Source of the DNA: Balanoglossus misakiensis
Lineage: Eukaryota; Animalia; Hemichordata
DNA length: 64,000 nucleotides
Direction of reading: 5' to 3'
Assembly: GCA_040954595.2 (NCBI GenBank)
Contig: CM082580.2
Span: 5,074,783-5,138,782, forward strand
Shown: one piece after another, positions 13,076 through 26,438 of the stretch
Layout: each line of letters starts with the position of its first letter
How positions within the stretch are numbered: the first letter of the stretch is position 1
Notes under the pieces: generated by a model
Told to the model about the DNA's origin: nothing
The model's database searches: none
The model's input: only the letters and a program-made list of their open reading frames with translations
Translations under genes and position numbers: made by a program

Positions 13076-16000
13076 CAGTAGCCGTGTCTTGATGCAAACC
13101 AACTGCTGAAAGGTAGTAGCCACAGATACTACCCTGTACACTAGCTGAAATCCCTCATGATGTTTAATAGTTTTACGATGTCAACATGGAATAAACATTG
13201 GTGCTGTCGTTTATAATATCACAACTGAGTAAAATTGTTGAAACCACCCATATAAACTCATTAATATCTAGTCGCAAGAGAGATATATGTTGTTTTTTAA
13301 TTAAATTTTGTACGTCACATTAAGGCATTTGTAATTTTGGTTCAAAAGTGTGTTTTGATATTTACCTTAGCCTCTTGCCAAGCAGAGTTTCATTGCAACT
13401 CCTTCCTCTTGGAAGATCGTGACTTTTTTTATGGAACACACCCATCAATGTTTGGGGCACTGTGCAACGACTTGGAAGGCCTGTTCTCATAGGTTGAAAC
13501 CTGTTTGAAAGTGTGCATTGACGGAAAAACTGACCAATCAAAATCAACCTTAAACGACTGCCGCACTCGGCCAGTGAGTACTCTTCCAAAAGCCCAAAAG
13601 TCCACAACTTTAGAAAATTGCGTCCATGAGTAGAAAACTAAGCATATCAGCCTCAAACTTTTAAAACTTGTAAGTTAGTTACTATTGAGTCAGTCAGGCA
13701 GGATAATTGCCCCTTTTTATCGGTTAATTTGTTAATTTTGTGATGTACCGTAATCATGAATTGTGGTAAATATACTCATCAAATACTATGCATAATTTTC
13801 TGCTGATGCAGAAAAGGGCTGAGTGTTAAGCATGGCCCAGAATTATTTTTATTCTCAAATTCTTTCATTTGAGAGTTTTCCAGCAATGTTTACAAGAGTC
13901 TTTTTTCACAAAAGTTCGATAATAGATCATGTTATTGTCCTTACAATAGAAATGCTAGATATAAGTATTTATTATGCAATAATTATGTATTTTAAACAAA
14001 ATAAATACCGTATATATAACTGAGAAAGTATGACTGGAGTTAGTGATTTCAAAAGTAAACAAACATATATTGATATTGCCTAAACTGTTACCATTCTCCC
14101 TCAAGAAAAATAACTCTTATGATCGGTAAAATTTCACTTTTTTACGAGATATTCATAAAGTTTTTAATGCAAATTAGCTATTTACATTTACATGAACATT
14201 GAGCTTCCGGCCTAGAAATATGTGTTTGGAGATTAAAGACCATTCTGGTGTTTGCCGATTCTGTTTGCACGGCTTTTATACAACAACTGAGAAGATGGAT
14301 AAACTTAAAATGTCCACCAAAATGAGAACATTTTTAGGGATGCAGCCTGTTGGATTCAGAAATGAAAATCTTGTGATCTTGCTGCATGTCCACTTTACAC
14401 AAAAATACGTAGAAAATTCATGAATTATACCAAATAGTGGAATTTTTGACAGATATAATTTTCCCCAAAGATACACAACGAAAGGCTCAAAGTCATTTGT
14501 TTTTGAAAAGTCTCTCATGCAGTGATTTTCCGAAATCAAAGCCAGCAGAATTTGTCATAAACTGTGGAGATTGGGAATGCAGTTATTGTTATTTTGTCAT
14601 AAATGGGATGTGTATTTAAAAATCCCTGACGTTAACTCACCATCACATTTTTTTCGCAGGAATACTCAGAATATTATTTACAGCACCTTTACATTTTGAT
14701 ATCCAATCTTATCTGCCAGTTTGTTTGCTGATGTGTCTCGGATTGTTTTTGCTTTTTAGCTGTTATAGTAATTACAGACGTGTACTTAACTAATTTATTT
14801 TCAGTTGCTTTAGAGTTTTATTTGCTGAAGTTTTAATATCAGCATCTTTGCATAGGGATTGTTTTTATTTTGATATCAAGGGAGAGACAAAAATAAAATT
14901 GTAACTTGCACAGCATGAAATATGGATGCTGGCTGGGTTTTCTTGGCTTCTGTAAACCAGAATTTAACATCTAGAGCATACAGGGTTGTGAAGTTGGTCA
15001 TGTTGACCTTCACATGGCTGAGGCTAGGTTAAGGTGGGATATGGGATGGCTACAGAAAATCATGTGATTCTTCAAGATCAATGGAAAGATATTTCTTTGT
15101 GTGTGGTGTTCCTCTGTTAAGAATTCTAACTAGACGGAAAATCAGGTTTGCAGAACATTATATTCAAGCATTTGGCAAAAGATTAATCAAACAATGAACT
15201 TTCCATAACATGTTCAGAATACACATATTCTTTGTGCATAATGACATTCAACTCCAAGTGTGTCATATAGATGCAGCTCAGTATATATAATTGTCTACTT
15301 TTGATGAATATTTCTTTCTCCCTTTTACTTTTGATTTCTATGATTTGGAATGTTTTTTTTCTCCATGAACACATTCATCATGGGCATTTAATTTATGTAC
15401 TTTGCACATTTCACAGCTAGAAAATCCCAGTAGCATATATTCATTGTATTTATGATTTGTAGAAATATGTATACATTTACAGTATGTACAGACATGCAAT
15501 TTACTGGTACAACTAGTACAAGGTATTGGAAATGCCTGTAAATAGGCTTTTCTTTAATCTGAATGTACCGGTAGTAGATTTTGTGATGTCAGAACTGCGG
15601 TATTAAAAGCCTGTTGAACATAGCAAAACATATCAAGTAGCAGAGCTTTGGGTTCAGTGGTGTCAAATAAAATAGAGTGCAATAGATGTGGTGTGTCTTG
15701 TTGTTGTGTGATTTGAAAATGTTGAACTTGCTAAAGTGCTCACTATTACAATATACCTGCACGCATTTCACATAAGCTAACCTACACGAATCCAGACTGA
15801 TCAAGAATATTATCCAATCGAAAATCTTTTCATTTATAAAATTCAAAGTGAAAACTTTTCAAGGAAATCATGGCAGTCATATAGCTATAGAACAAAATAA
15901 TGTATGAACATTTTTCTCCTTGGCAAAATACTTTCAAAATGAAAGTTAAAATTCTCGAACAATTCACTCTGTCGCAGTCACCTTGTAATTATTATGTTGG

Positions 16001-16163
16001 TTTACCCAACATGCATCTTTGACGAAAATGAGCTGAATACATTGAATGTTTACACATCCCTCAATTTGTCTTGGTATCAAAAAATGGGTCAAAATGGGGA
16101 ACTTTGTCCCTTTAAGAGTTATTACAGCTTTTGGCAAATTTCCTGACTCAATATTTCATGTGA

Positions 16164-18347
16164 CTATTTCGTCACATGATGTTCTTTCTTATCATGTATA
16201 TTCAACGATTTCCGACTGATGAAGGAAATCTGGCAAATGTCACATGACACCTCCGTAGGTGCACCGTGGGCCTTGATGTGTTGTCTCAGTTGTATATTCC
16301 AACAGCTCTGGTATTTGCACTTGCTGCACTTGTAAGGTTTTTCGCCCGTGTGCGTTCTCTCGTGCGATACAAGCTGCGCTCTCTTAGCAAACGCCAGGTC
16401 GCACCATTTGCATTTGAAAGGTTTTTCGCCAGTATGGATCCTCTCATGGTCTCTGCGATACTTTGAGTCTATGAACCCTTTGCCACAGAACTGACACTTG
16501 AACGGTTTGATGTTCAGATGCTTCTTCTTGTGGTTGTCAAACGATATCTTGCAGACAAACTGACTGCCGCACAACTCGCACAGAAACCTCTTCTGGCTCT
16601 TGGCCTTGAACTTCTTCCTGTGTGTTTGAGCGATGTGTTTGGCCAAATAGGCCTTGGATACACTCTTCCCGCAGATATGGCACAGTACCGGTACACTCAC
16701 CCGTGATGTCTTCCGGTGACGTTTCAGGTGGGTTTTGAAATCTAGTTCGAGCGCATACCTCCTGGTACAGTCTGTATGAGGACAGACGAAAACCTTCTCT
16801 GACTCGGAAGCGTGGCACCTCAGGTGGTGTCTTTCCAGAACAAACCTTCGGCATGCTGTATATTCACACTGGCCGCATTGAAAATCCCGCGGACCGTGCT
16901 TGACCTCCGCGTGGCGTTCCAGCAGTGACTTACTGGTTGTCTGGAAACTGCACTCTTTGCAAGCGAATGAAGTGCCATCCCTCTTTTCCTTCCTGTGCTT
17001 GATCAGATGTTGCAGGAGATTCCGGTTTGTGGGAAAACTCTGATTGGGGCACTTTTTACACGCAAAATGTTCGTTTTCCAACAACACAAACATGTCCTTT
17101 TTGTCGTCCAGCATGCTTTCAACCGTGGAGGCATCCAAATGTTCGGCACTTTCATACAAGTCATCCAAAACGTCATACTCGCTGTCACTGGCTCCATCAT
17201 CATTACCTCCAGAGCCATCTTCACTGTCTTTCATATCAAAGTCCCTGTCTTCCTTAGGATTTACTTGTTCCTCCTCTTCATCTGAGCTGCTGTTGTAATT
17301 CCACAAGTAATCCTCATCATCATCACCTTCCTCTTCCTTCTCCTCCTTATCATCTCTTCCTTGATTGACACCATCTCTTTGTTCACTGCTGTTACCACCT
17401 GCAACACCAACAGACGTTTGGTCCTCCTCCGACACAGATTGGCCATCCGCACTGGCCACTCCACGGGGCTTATCCTTGCCAACTGCATATTTCTTCCACC
17501 ATGGAACAAGTGTTTCCTTCATCCCCATAGATGCCTTCCTGCGTGGTCTGCCGTGCGCACCAAGTTCTGTCACTTGCTGCTCAGAAGTGCTTTCGACATC
17601 CTCAGTGCCTGTCATCGTTTCCTCACTATCATCTGCACTGCTTGCTGCTTGATCATCCCTGTCAATTAAATATCAGTAAACTTGGTGAACAAACTTGCAT
17701 CTACACTTACCAGTGTTCTCCCAAGGAATTTCTGATAGCATATTAGCTAATAACAATAGGTGTGATTTTTATGTTAATTTCCTATTGTTGCTAAAGTTAT
17801 GGGGCTACAAAACTGCTTTACTTTTTCAACTTGCCCTGTGTATGGACCTGTGGGTTCCCGGCATTACGGATACAGGGAGACCGTGTACACATGTAACGCC
17901 GTGAGCACTCAGACCCGCGGCCTGTACACAGGGCAACGGGTGCACTTATGTTGCTACACGTACGTAGTTTTATCAGTAATCTACAAAGAACTGACAAACG
18001 ACCACAGACACTCACCTATCTGCTGTGGGCTGTGAGACTTTTCCTGCTGCTTGCGTTGTCGTCATGTCCTGGTCCGATGTCAACCACTGCAGTGACTGCA
18101 GCGACTCGTCTATGTCTCCGTCCTCGACACTGGCACCGTGGGATACACATCGCCTGCATCTCTCGCAAAAATTCCGGTGTATATCAAGCAAATGTGCGGC
18201 AAATTCAGAATTTGGAAGGTTTGCAAAGTTAAACAGCTTTTGCTCTTTCCAACCAGTGAAAGAACTTCCAAGATAAATCTTTGAACTGTCACGTTTCTTA
18301 TAAGATGCTTTCCGTTTTACCGATGAACTCGCACTAGTGGCAGCCAT
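16164..18347 (-). CDS. C2H2 zinc-finger gene A (10 fingers) with ZNF653/692-like N-terminal exon
   Basis: First exon 18347-18016 (MAATS..KIYLG..W..EFAAHLLDIHRNFCERC; AG|GTGAGT) splices in phase 2 to terminal exon 17658-16164. The terminal exon has an acidic region, 10 C2H2 fingers and HTGEKP linkers. Confidence 0.85.
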
Positions 18348-18473
18348 TTTGGAGAGTGTGATATTCGCACGGAATTGTGGGATTGCCAGTGAGTCCCACA
18401 CAACGACGGCCCCAAGCCTGACGAGACCCACCCTTTAAAAAGGAAATTATGAAAAGTTTACTATTATACGTAC

Positions 18474-18571
18474 AATCGTAGAAGGAAGTCGACCGTTTTG
18501 GTTGCACTTCTTGTTTGAAGGCGTAATTGTAAACTGCACCATCGAGAATACTGGTCTCACCGGCTTCCCAT
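18474..18571 (-). pseudogene. Dead alternative first exon (paralog of 29608-29861)
   Basis: Reads ATG GGA AGC CGG TGA GAC CAG TAT..: a stop replaces the Gly of GDQY, followed by DQYSRWCSLQLRLQTRSATKTVDFLLRL and an intact TT|GTACGT donor. Confidence 0.7.
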
Positions 18572-19073
18572 TTTGCTGGCGAACTATTTGAACCCCGCGC
18601 CGGAAGTGGATCGATAACCGGGACGAACCATTGAACGCGCGGGGGGGGGGGGTAGTGGCTGGGGAAAACTGGGAACTTTTTCGGGGTGAAAGAAATATTA
18701 TGAGAAAAAAAACCGTTTCACCGCTTAGGGAAAGTTCAGTTATCTGTAGACGCCGTGTCAAGGAATCAAGCTATAAACGGATCCTACCAACCAAAAGGCC
18801 ATGGCCGCATCTTGCATAATCCCTGTTCATTAGTTTATTGACCTTGGGGATGCCGCAGCATTTGACAACACACTCTGTATAAATTTCACCTCTTGCTAGC
18901 TTTTTGGGGTGGCCATGGCATTCTGTGGATTATCGATTTTTTGACTAGTGGTAATAAAGCTACCCCCTACTTGACCCAAACACCACTGTGCTTGTGTTCT
19001 TTTAGACCGGAGACAGCAACTCAGTATAGCATGGACGTACTAAGCTATAAGTACCTCCATGCATGGTCCATGG

Positions 19074-19264
19074 TACTGTAAAACACTTGTTTTTCGCGAG
19101 TCAAAATTTTCGCGATATAGAGAGAGGCCACTGTTACGCGAGTATTAATTTTCGCGTTTTCTTTCACAACTATATGTACGCGAGTCTTTTTTTTCGCGTT
19201 TTTTTTTTGCCCTCGTGTATTTAGCGTAAATTTAATGCTCGCGAAAATAAAGTGTTTTACAGTA
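19074..19264. mobile_element. MITE with terminal inverted repeats (TACTGTAAAACACTT..AAGTGTTTTACAGTA), TA-flanked, Tc1/mariner-type
   Basis: TIRs are visible directly, with internal TTTTCGCG repeats. Confidence 0.75.
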
Positions 19265-20787
19265 ATAGTCGCAGTCGTAAGGGGAGAACCATTTGATTTC
19301 TAGGGGTGACAGATTTGATTTTGTGAGCATTTCCCCCCGGGTCCCTTTTAGTGTTTCAGCAAATTTTGTATTCTATTACCAGTCCATCTTTTTCTTTAAG
19401 GCATTTCCCCCTCAATACTAACATTTTTTGTCCAAAAATCCTGGATCTAAACCCTACAGAAATCATATGGTTCTCCCAATAAAATGGTATGACCAGACAT
19501 ACCTAAATTTTTACCTGTCAACCTGCACTTGTTGAGAGCGAAATAAATGTAGTAGCGAAACAGGCATTTCTGGCCAAATTTCACACTTTCAGAGTAGTTA
19601 ATAGTTTGGGAAACATGCCCTTGTCAGTAAAACCTTTTGTTCTGTTAGTATCTTTCTAACAACAACCCCCCCCCCCCCCCCAATACAAAAATGACACTGG
19701 ATTGGCCTGACTTTCCCTCAAACTTTCACATTGGAGTCTATTGTGCAACACTGCAAGAAAATTAACAGTTTGATTGAATGTGTACGAGATACAGGGATCT
19801 ATGGAGAATAATCTTCTATAATGGGAAGGCAGAGACTATATTAATGTTGCTACAATATGAAAATCATGACTTGTATTTGTATCACAATATTGTCAATGAG
19901 CAAAAACGTCGTGCACGTTTTTCTCAAAAATCTAAAAACTTCACGTGCTTGGATGCAAAACAAAGAATTTACTTACTTTGGCCTAATGCAAATGCATGCA
20001 CATTCACGTAAAACATGTAGCTAAACCTGTCTATAACTTACCCAGAACTGACAGACTCAGTTGGACAATGAACAAGTATGGATTATTCCAAAGTGACTAC
20101 TGAGAGAAACCAGTGGACAAAAAGATTTGATGCAGTGAGTGATATGTAAAATTTATTTTGAACATTTTATTGGCAAAATCTCAAAAAGACCACTTGACTG
20201 AATCAATGATATTAAAAATTATTTTTTACAGATCATGCACTTGTTAAAATCACAAGCACCAGGAGGGGTCATCTGTCAATCTCCAGTGGTTCCATTAGGT
20301 TTTCTTCCTATGCGTACTTCATTAAGCATTCAGAATTTCTCGCGGTATTTTTAGTTTAGCTTGTAAAAGCTCAATACAACTTGCATATCTCTAGTAGCTA
20401 AAGTCAATGTGTACTGGTGTATGCACCCGTTCCAATATTATCTAAATGCGTGAAATACGCAGGATTTTGCATTAACAGAACCACTTCCTCATATATGAGT
20501 GATTCTTTTGTTCATAAACATAACATGAGCATTGTTCTCATTGTTCAGGAAGAGCATGCCAACAAATTCATGTTATATCATTGTAACTTTGTCTTGAGGA
20601 GGTAACAATGCCATAGTACATAAATAATGCAATAGAAAGTTACAGCCATATTGTTTACAATGACATGTATTGTCGCGCGCAATTACACTTCGCATCTACG
20701 TGTTAGAAACTGTGTTGTTTGGGACCGATACCAGCAGCAACTGAAAAACCATTTAAGACAGCTTTTGGTGATACTCTCTGACTATGA

Positions 20788-23225
20788 CTATTTCGTCACG
20801 TGATGTTCCTTCTTATCGTGTATATTCAACGATTTCTGACTGATGAAGGAAATCCGACAAATGTCACATGACACCTCCGTAGGCGCACCGTGGGCCTTGA
20901 TGTGTTGTCTCAACTGTACGTTCCAACAGCTCTGGTATTTACACTTGCCACACTTGTAAGGTTTTTCGCCCGTATGCGTTCTCTCGTGCGACACAAGCTG
21001 CGCTTTCTTGGCGAACGCCAAGTCGCATGATTTGCATTTGAAAGGTTTTTCGCCAGTATGAATCCTCTGATGGTTTCTGACATGTCTGGCGTCTGTGAAC
21101 CCTTTGCCACAGAACTGACACTTGAACGGCTTGATGTTCAGATGCTTCCTCTTGTGGCTTTCGTATGTTACCTTATCGAGATACTGCTTGCCGCACAACT
21201 CGCACAGAATTCTCTTTTGGCTGCTGGCTCCAACCTCCCTGTGTTTCTGAGTTATGTGGCGCGACAAATAGCTCTTTTTTACACTCTCCCCGCAGATATA
21301 ACACAGTACATTTTCCATCTGGTGATGCTTTAGGTGACACTTAAAATCTTGTTTGAGCGCATACCTCATGCTGCAGTCTTTATGAGGACAGGCAAACACC
21401 TTTTCTGACTCAGAGGCGTGGCACCTCAAGTTGTGTTTATCCAAATTAGACTTGCGGTATGCTGCATACTCGCACTGGTCACACTTAAAATTAAGTGGAC
21501 GGTGTCTGGCCTTCACATGGTTTTCCAGCATTGACTTCATGGTTGTTTGGAAATCGCACTCATTGCAAATGAAAGAAGTGGTGCGGCTCTTTCCCTTGCT
21601 ATGCTTGAGCACGTGTTGCAGGAGATCCCGGTTTGTGGCAAACCTCTGACTGGGGCACTTTTTACACCCTAAACATCCATTTTCCAACACTTTTAACATT
21701 TTCTTTCTGTCATCTAGCATGCTTTCAACTGTGGAATCATCGAAATGTTCTGCACTTCCATCCAAGTCCTCGAAAGAGTCGTATTCGCTGTCATAGTCAC
21801 TGCTATCATCGTCACTGCTACCTCCAGAGCCATCTTCACTGTCTTCCATATCAAAGTCCATGTCCTCTGTAGGCCTTACTCGTTTCTCCTCTTCATCTGA
21901 GCTGCTGCTGTATTTCCACAAATCATCATCATCATCTTTCCCCTCCTCCTCCTCCTCCTCCACATCATCATCATCATCTCTTCCTTGACTGACACTATCT
22001 CTTTGTTCACTGTCGTTACCATCTGCAACACCAACAGACGTTTGGTCCTCCTCCGACACAGATTGGCCATCTGCACTGGCCGTTGCATGAGGCCCGTCAT
22101 TGCTACCTGCATATTCCTTCCACCACGGAATGAGTTTTTTGTTCATCCCCATAGATGCCTTCCTGCGCGGTCTTCCGTGCGCGCCAAGTTCTGTCACTTG
22201 CTGCTCAGAAGTGCTTTCGACATCTGGAGTGCCTGTGGTCGTTTCCTCACCATCCTCTGCACTGCCTGCTGCTTGATCATCCCTGTCAATTAAATATCAG
22301 TAAACTTGGTGAACAAACTTGCATCTATACTTACCAGTGTTCTCCCAAGGAATATCTGATAGCATATTAGCTAATAACAATAGTGTTCTCCCAAGGAATA
22401 TCTGATAGCATATTAGCTAATAACAATAGGAGTGATTGTTATGTTAATTATTCTATTGTTGCCGAAGTTGTGAGGCTACAAAACTGCAGCAAGGTTTTGC
22501 CTTGTAACATCGTGTGGGGACGTTTGTCGTCAACACACACAGTCACATTCGACTGTGTCAACATACCAGGCAAAACTTGAAAGGAAATTATGAAAAGTTT
22601 ACTATTATACGTACAATCCCCCCTGATGACTTGCATGCACACCGAGTTGTGTTATTTGCTGCTCGGCAGTGCTGTCGGCCTCTTCAGTGCTTCCAGCCTC
22701 ACCCTCCTCTTCACTGCTTGCCATTTGATCATCCCTATAGATGAAATATCAGTATCCTTGGTGATCGAAACCTACACACACACCAGACTAGAGTTCTCCC
22801 AAGGAATTTCTCTTAGCATAAATAATGGAGGTGATTGTTATGTTAATGATTTTTATTGTTTTGCAAAACAAAAGTGGCCTTTTGCTTTAATTGCTCTGGG
22901 GAAAACGAACACTTCTCAGTTCGTTGTGTTGCCATTTATTGTTTGTTTTCAAAATATTATCAATATCATGCCTTTTCACAAATTTTAACAGGAAAGTCCT
23001 GGAGTTCAAACACTAATGATCCTTTGTCCTCCTGTGAAACACTGCTGAACAGTCAGTCAGAGTAACTCACTCTCAGCAGTCATCTAAACCAAAAGTCAGT
23101 TATGAACTTCTTATGTTTACCTGCAGAGATTTGGTGGCTCTGGGGTTTCATCCCTATCTTTAGAAGAGTCCAATAATCGTTCAATGTCACCTGCAAATAG
23201 TGGGTGAGAAGAGGCAAGTTCATAC
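20788..23225 (-). CDS. C2H2 zinc-finger gene/terminal exon B (10 fingers); own first exon degenerate
   Basis: Terminal exon 22282-20788 has a phase-2 acceptor and an intact ORF. An upstream 105-nt phase-2 exon at 23225-23121 encodes YELASSHPLFAGDIERLLDSSKDRDETPEPPNLC. Confidence 0.8.
22336..22427. repeat. 46-bp tandem duplication in intron
   Basis: AGTGTTCTCCCAAGGAATATCTGATAGCATATTAGCTAATAACAAT occurs twice; the paralogous intron near 17711 has a single copy. Confidence 0.85.
22615..22734 (-). other. Chimeric 120-nt phase-2 cassette exon (remnant of a deleted fifth ZF unit)
   Basis: The acceptor and DDQMASSEEEGEAGSTEEADSTAEQQITQLGVH are homologous to the terminal-exon 5' ends. They are fused to a first-exon-type donor TT|GTACGTATAATAGT. 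Confidence 0.55.
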
Positions 23226-23617
23226 CTACAAAAAAAAAAAAAAAATTGGTATATAAAACCAAAATTGCAAGACTAGCTCTAGTGGCAGCCATTTTGGAGA
23301 GTTTGATATTTGGCTGGTACCCTGCCTCGGTGACAAACACCAAAGAGGCAGGTAAACACAAACCGCTATATTTAGAATTGTGGAATCTGATTGGCTAATA
23401 AATGAACGTTCTATAACTTCTGGGCTACATTCAATCTGTCGCGTTTCTTGACATTCATTTTTACTCTTCCCGAATATACATATTTTTAAAAAAACCAACA
23501 GTTTATGATGGAAGTGAAGCTAAAATCAATACAACTACTGACACAAATGTACGTAAGTTTTACAACAGACATGCCCATTTGGCTGGTATGCGCATTAGCC
23601 CACTTCCGGGAAAGTGT

Positions 23618-24044
23618 TAGTCTCGGTTACCCAGAGCCCTCTGCTTCTTCCGTTAGGCACTCCAGAAAGAGGGTCTGGGGAAACCCGGTAGACAAATCGC
23701 CGGGCGGAATCGGGACAACTGCGATGCATGACGGGAGCTTAATATTCCAAAATGGCGACGTCCTGCGCGCGAACCTCACGGCCGACATGTATGTCATACG
23801 ATAAAGAAAACATGCTGAGAAGTGCTAGACCTGCTAAAACTGTCTACAAATTGAAAAGAGAGAGAGAAGTTTGGCAAATAGTTTTCTAATATCGTCATAT
23901 CATAATATCGTATCGAATATTAAGCTCCCGTCATGCATCGCAGCTGTCCCGATTCCGCCCGGCGATTTGTCTACCGGGTTTCCCCAGACCCTCTTTCTGG
24001 AGTGCCTAACGGAAGAAGCAGAGGGCTCTGGGTAACCGAGACTA
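23618..24044. mobile_element. Non-autonomous DNA transposon with 130-bp TIRs and 9-bp TSD (Academ/AcademH-like)
   Basis: TIRs at 23618-23747 and 23915-24044 are nearly perfect and begin with TAGTCTCGG. The TSD GGAAAGTGT lies at 23609-23617 and 24045-24053. Confidence 0.85.
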
Positions 24045-24302
24045 GGAAAGTGTCAAAAAACTAACACTTTTCAAAATGGCGGTCGGCGTTTATCTGCGTC
24101 TTCGTGACGCGTCTTTTTGCCAAGTCACGTGAGACGCAGTGTTCAGTGAAATTTGATATTCGCACGGATTTATGGGATTTCTGAGCTCGTCACGCATGCG
24201 CGTAGTGAGTCCCACACAACGACGGCCACACCCAAACGTAACCTGCTGACGAGTCTCACCCTTTAAAAAATGAAAGTATGAAAAGTTTACCATTATACGT
24301 AC

Positions 24303-24446
24303 AAACGTAGAAGGAAGTCGACCGTTTTGGTTGCACATCTTGTGTGAAGGCGTGATTGTAAACTGCACCATCGAGAATACTGGTCTCCCTCGTTATATTC
24401 TATAGTAAATATCACTGGCTTCTTGATCGCACTGTTACCCTGCCAT
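24303..24446 (-). pseudogene. Dead alternative first exon (paralog of 29608-29861)
   Basis: KKPVIFTIEYNEGDQYSRWCSLQSRLHTRCATKTVDFLLRL ends in an intact donor. The homologous ATG is out of frame (ATG GCA GGG TAA) after internal deletions. Confidence 0.65.
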
Positions 24447-24547
24447 TTTGCCGGCACACAACTTGAACCCCGCGCCGGAAGTGGATCACAATGACTGGGA
24501 CGAACCATTGGTCGCGGGAGGGGGGGTAGTGGCTGGGGAAAACCACT

Positions 24548-24613
24548 CATCTCGGTTACCCAGACCCCTCTGCTTCCCACAAAAAAGCAGAGGGGTCTGC
24601 GTAACCGAGACTA
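24548..24613. mobile_element. Minimal hairpin derivative of the 23618-24044 element
   Basis: CTCGGTTACCCAGACCCCTCTGCTT..AAGCAGAGGGGTCTGCGTAACCGAGACTA is flanked by AACCACT repeats and is absent from the paralogous site near 18665. Confidence 0.7.
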
Positions 24614-25446
24614 GGAACCACTTTTTCAGGATGGAAGAAATAGTATGAGCAAAAACTTTTTCGCCTCTTAGGGAGATTTCAGTTATCTGTATTGGCCGTG
24701 TCAAGGAATCAAGCTAACAAATCCTGCCACCAATACACCCCAAGGCCGGCTACAATCATAAGACATTTCAGCTTATCTATGCTCAAATTGTTGTATAACA
24801 ATATTTTTTTTCGGGAAAGTTAAATTTTAACTGAGCGTAAATAAAGCCGGGGCAGCAAAGCCGCATGGGAAATCCCCACCATGAGTGTTTCCCCTTGACA
24901 AAGCCATGGCCGGCCGCATCTTGCACAATCCCTGTTTATTAGTTAATTGTCCTTGGGGATTACCCAGCCTCTCTTCACTAATTAAACATACATGAACACA
25001 TAGACCCTAGGGATGAACATGATGAAGTTGTGGTGTAGATTCCAAATGGTATTACCAGACATACCAGAATTTTTACCAACAACCTGCACCTGTTGAGAGC
25101 CAAATAAATATGTGGTAGCAAAACAGGCATTTCTGGCCAAATTTCACACTTTCAGAGTAGTTTATAGTTTGAAAAACATGCCCTTGTCAGTAAAACCTTT
25201 TGTTCTGTTAAACAACCCCCCCCCCTAAAATACAAAAAACTTTCCCTCAAACGTTTACATGAGAGTCTATTGTGCAACACTGCAAGAAAATTAATAGTTT
25301 GATTGATGTTGGGAATCGTTTATTGCCCAAATTATCGATAAGCCCTATCTCAAAACTCCTCTTAATCAGAATTAAGCTTATACGCTCTCAGTTTATTGGA
25401 ATATTGGATTCATTTGTATGATGCCATTGTTCTGTGCAACAGGTTA

Positions 25447-26438
25447 CAGTCAGGACGTAAGTGGGGTAATTAAGGCGGTGAGATCAAAGAGATCTATTTG
25501 AATGTGAACGTCGCTGAGTGGCAGTTACGGCCAGTTGGAAAAATTTTCAAACGGAGATTTTCGGTACTACAAGTGATCGTAGTGCATCCATTTTTCTAAG
25601 ACGTGTATGAAACACCATAGTCAATGATAGGATGATTTTTCGTGAAGTTTTAACGACGCGTTCCCGAGATAGTCAGTTTCGGTATGTTGGTTTAAATAGT
25701 GGTCCTTGACTCTCGGCAAAGATTTCTTGTCTTGAAAAAAATTGGGTAGGTTAGGAAGATATTGAACTAAGTTACCGTGAAATTATAATAGTGTGAGCCG
25801 CTCCGTTGTGGAGTAATGACGGTGTAAAAATTGCCTTCGCCATCGACGAGTACAGCCGTGTTTGCCATATGTGTATGCATTGAAGTAGGTCAACGCATGT
25901 TAACCCATGACGTAATGGCTTCCTTTTCAACTCGTCGTTATCTCTCATTAGCATATTACATACGGAGTCTATACACTATTCACGCTGACTGACTTCTCAG
26001 GACTGACCTATGGCACTGTAAATTGTGGTCCTTGACTCTCGGCATGGATATATTCATGTCAAAATTATGAATAGAGGAGTTTAATAATGTTTCTAAAACC
26101 TGAGGGGGTTAATTTTTGTGTGGGTATGGCTGATATTTTTTTTTTGATTTTTTAACTTCAAGGTCACTTTGAATTTCGTGATCACAATTTTGTCAGTGGA
26201 AGTAAAGAAATTCTTCTCGATAAAACTTCATGAAAAATCACATGTAGTACACTCATAGTACCAGTAATGTGCCTGGGGTGAAATAATTGTCAGAAATGGG
26301 TTGCAAGTTGCTTAACTTTCGTTGTGAAAAAAGTTGAAAAACTGTATGCAAATGAGCAATTCAAACGTTACTGGCCAGTTTCAGTGTTTGCATTGCATGA
26401 TCCCCTGCGGTTTAATTACCCCACTTACGTCCTGACTG
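25447..26438. mobile_element. Non-autonomous TIR DNA transposon (Tc1/mariner-like)
   Basis: The inverted repeats are CAGTCAGGACGTAAGTGGGGTAATTAA and TTAATTACCCCACTTACGTCCTGACTG. The element lies within sequence absent from the paralogous region near 19775. No transposase ORF is visible. Confidence 0.7.
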
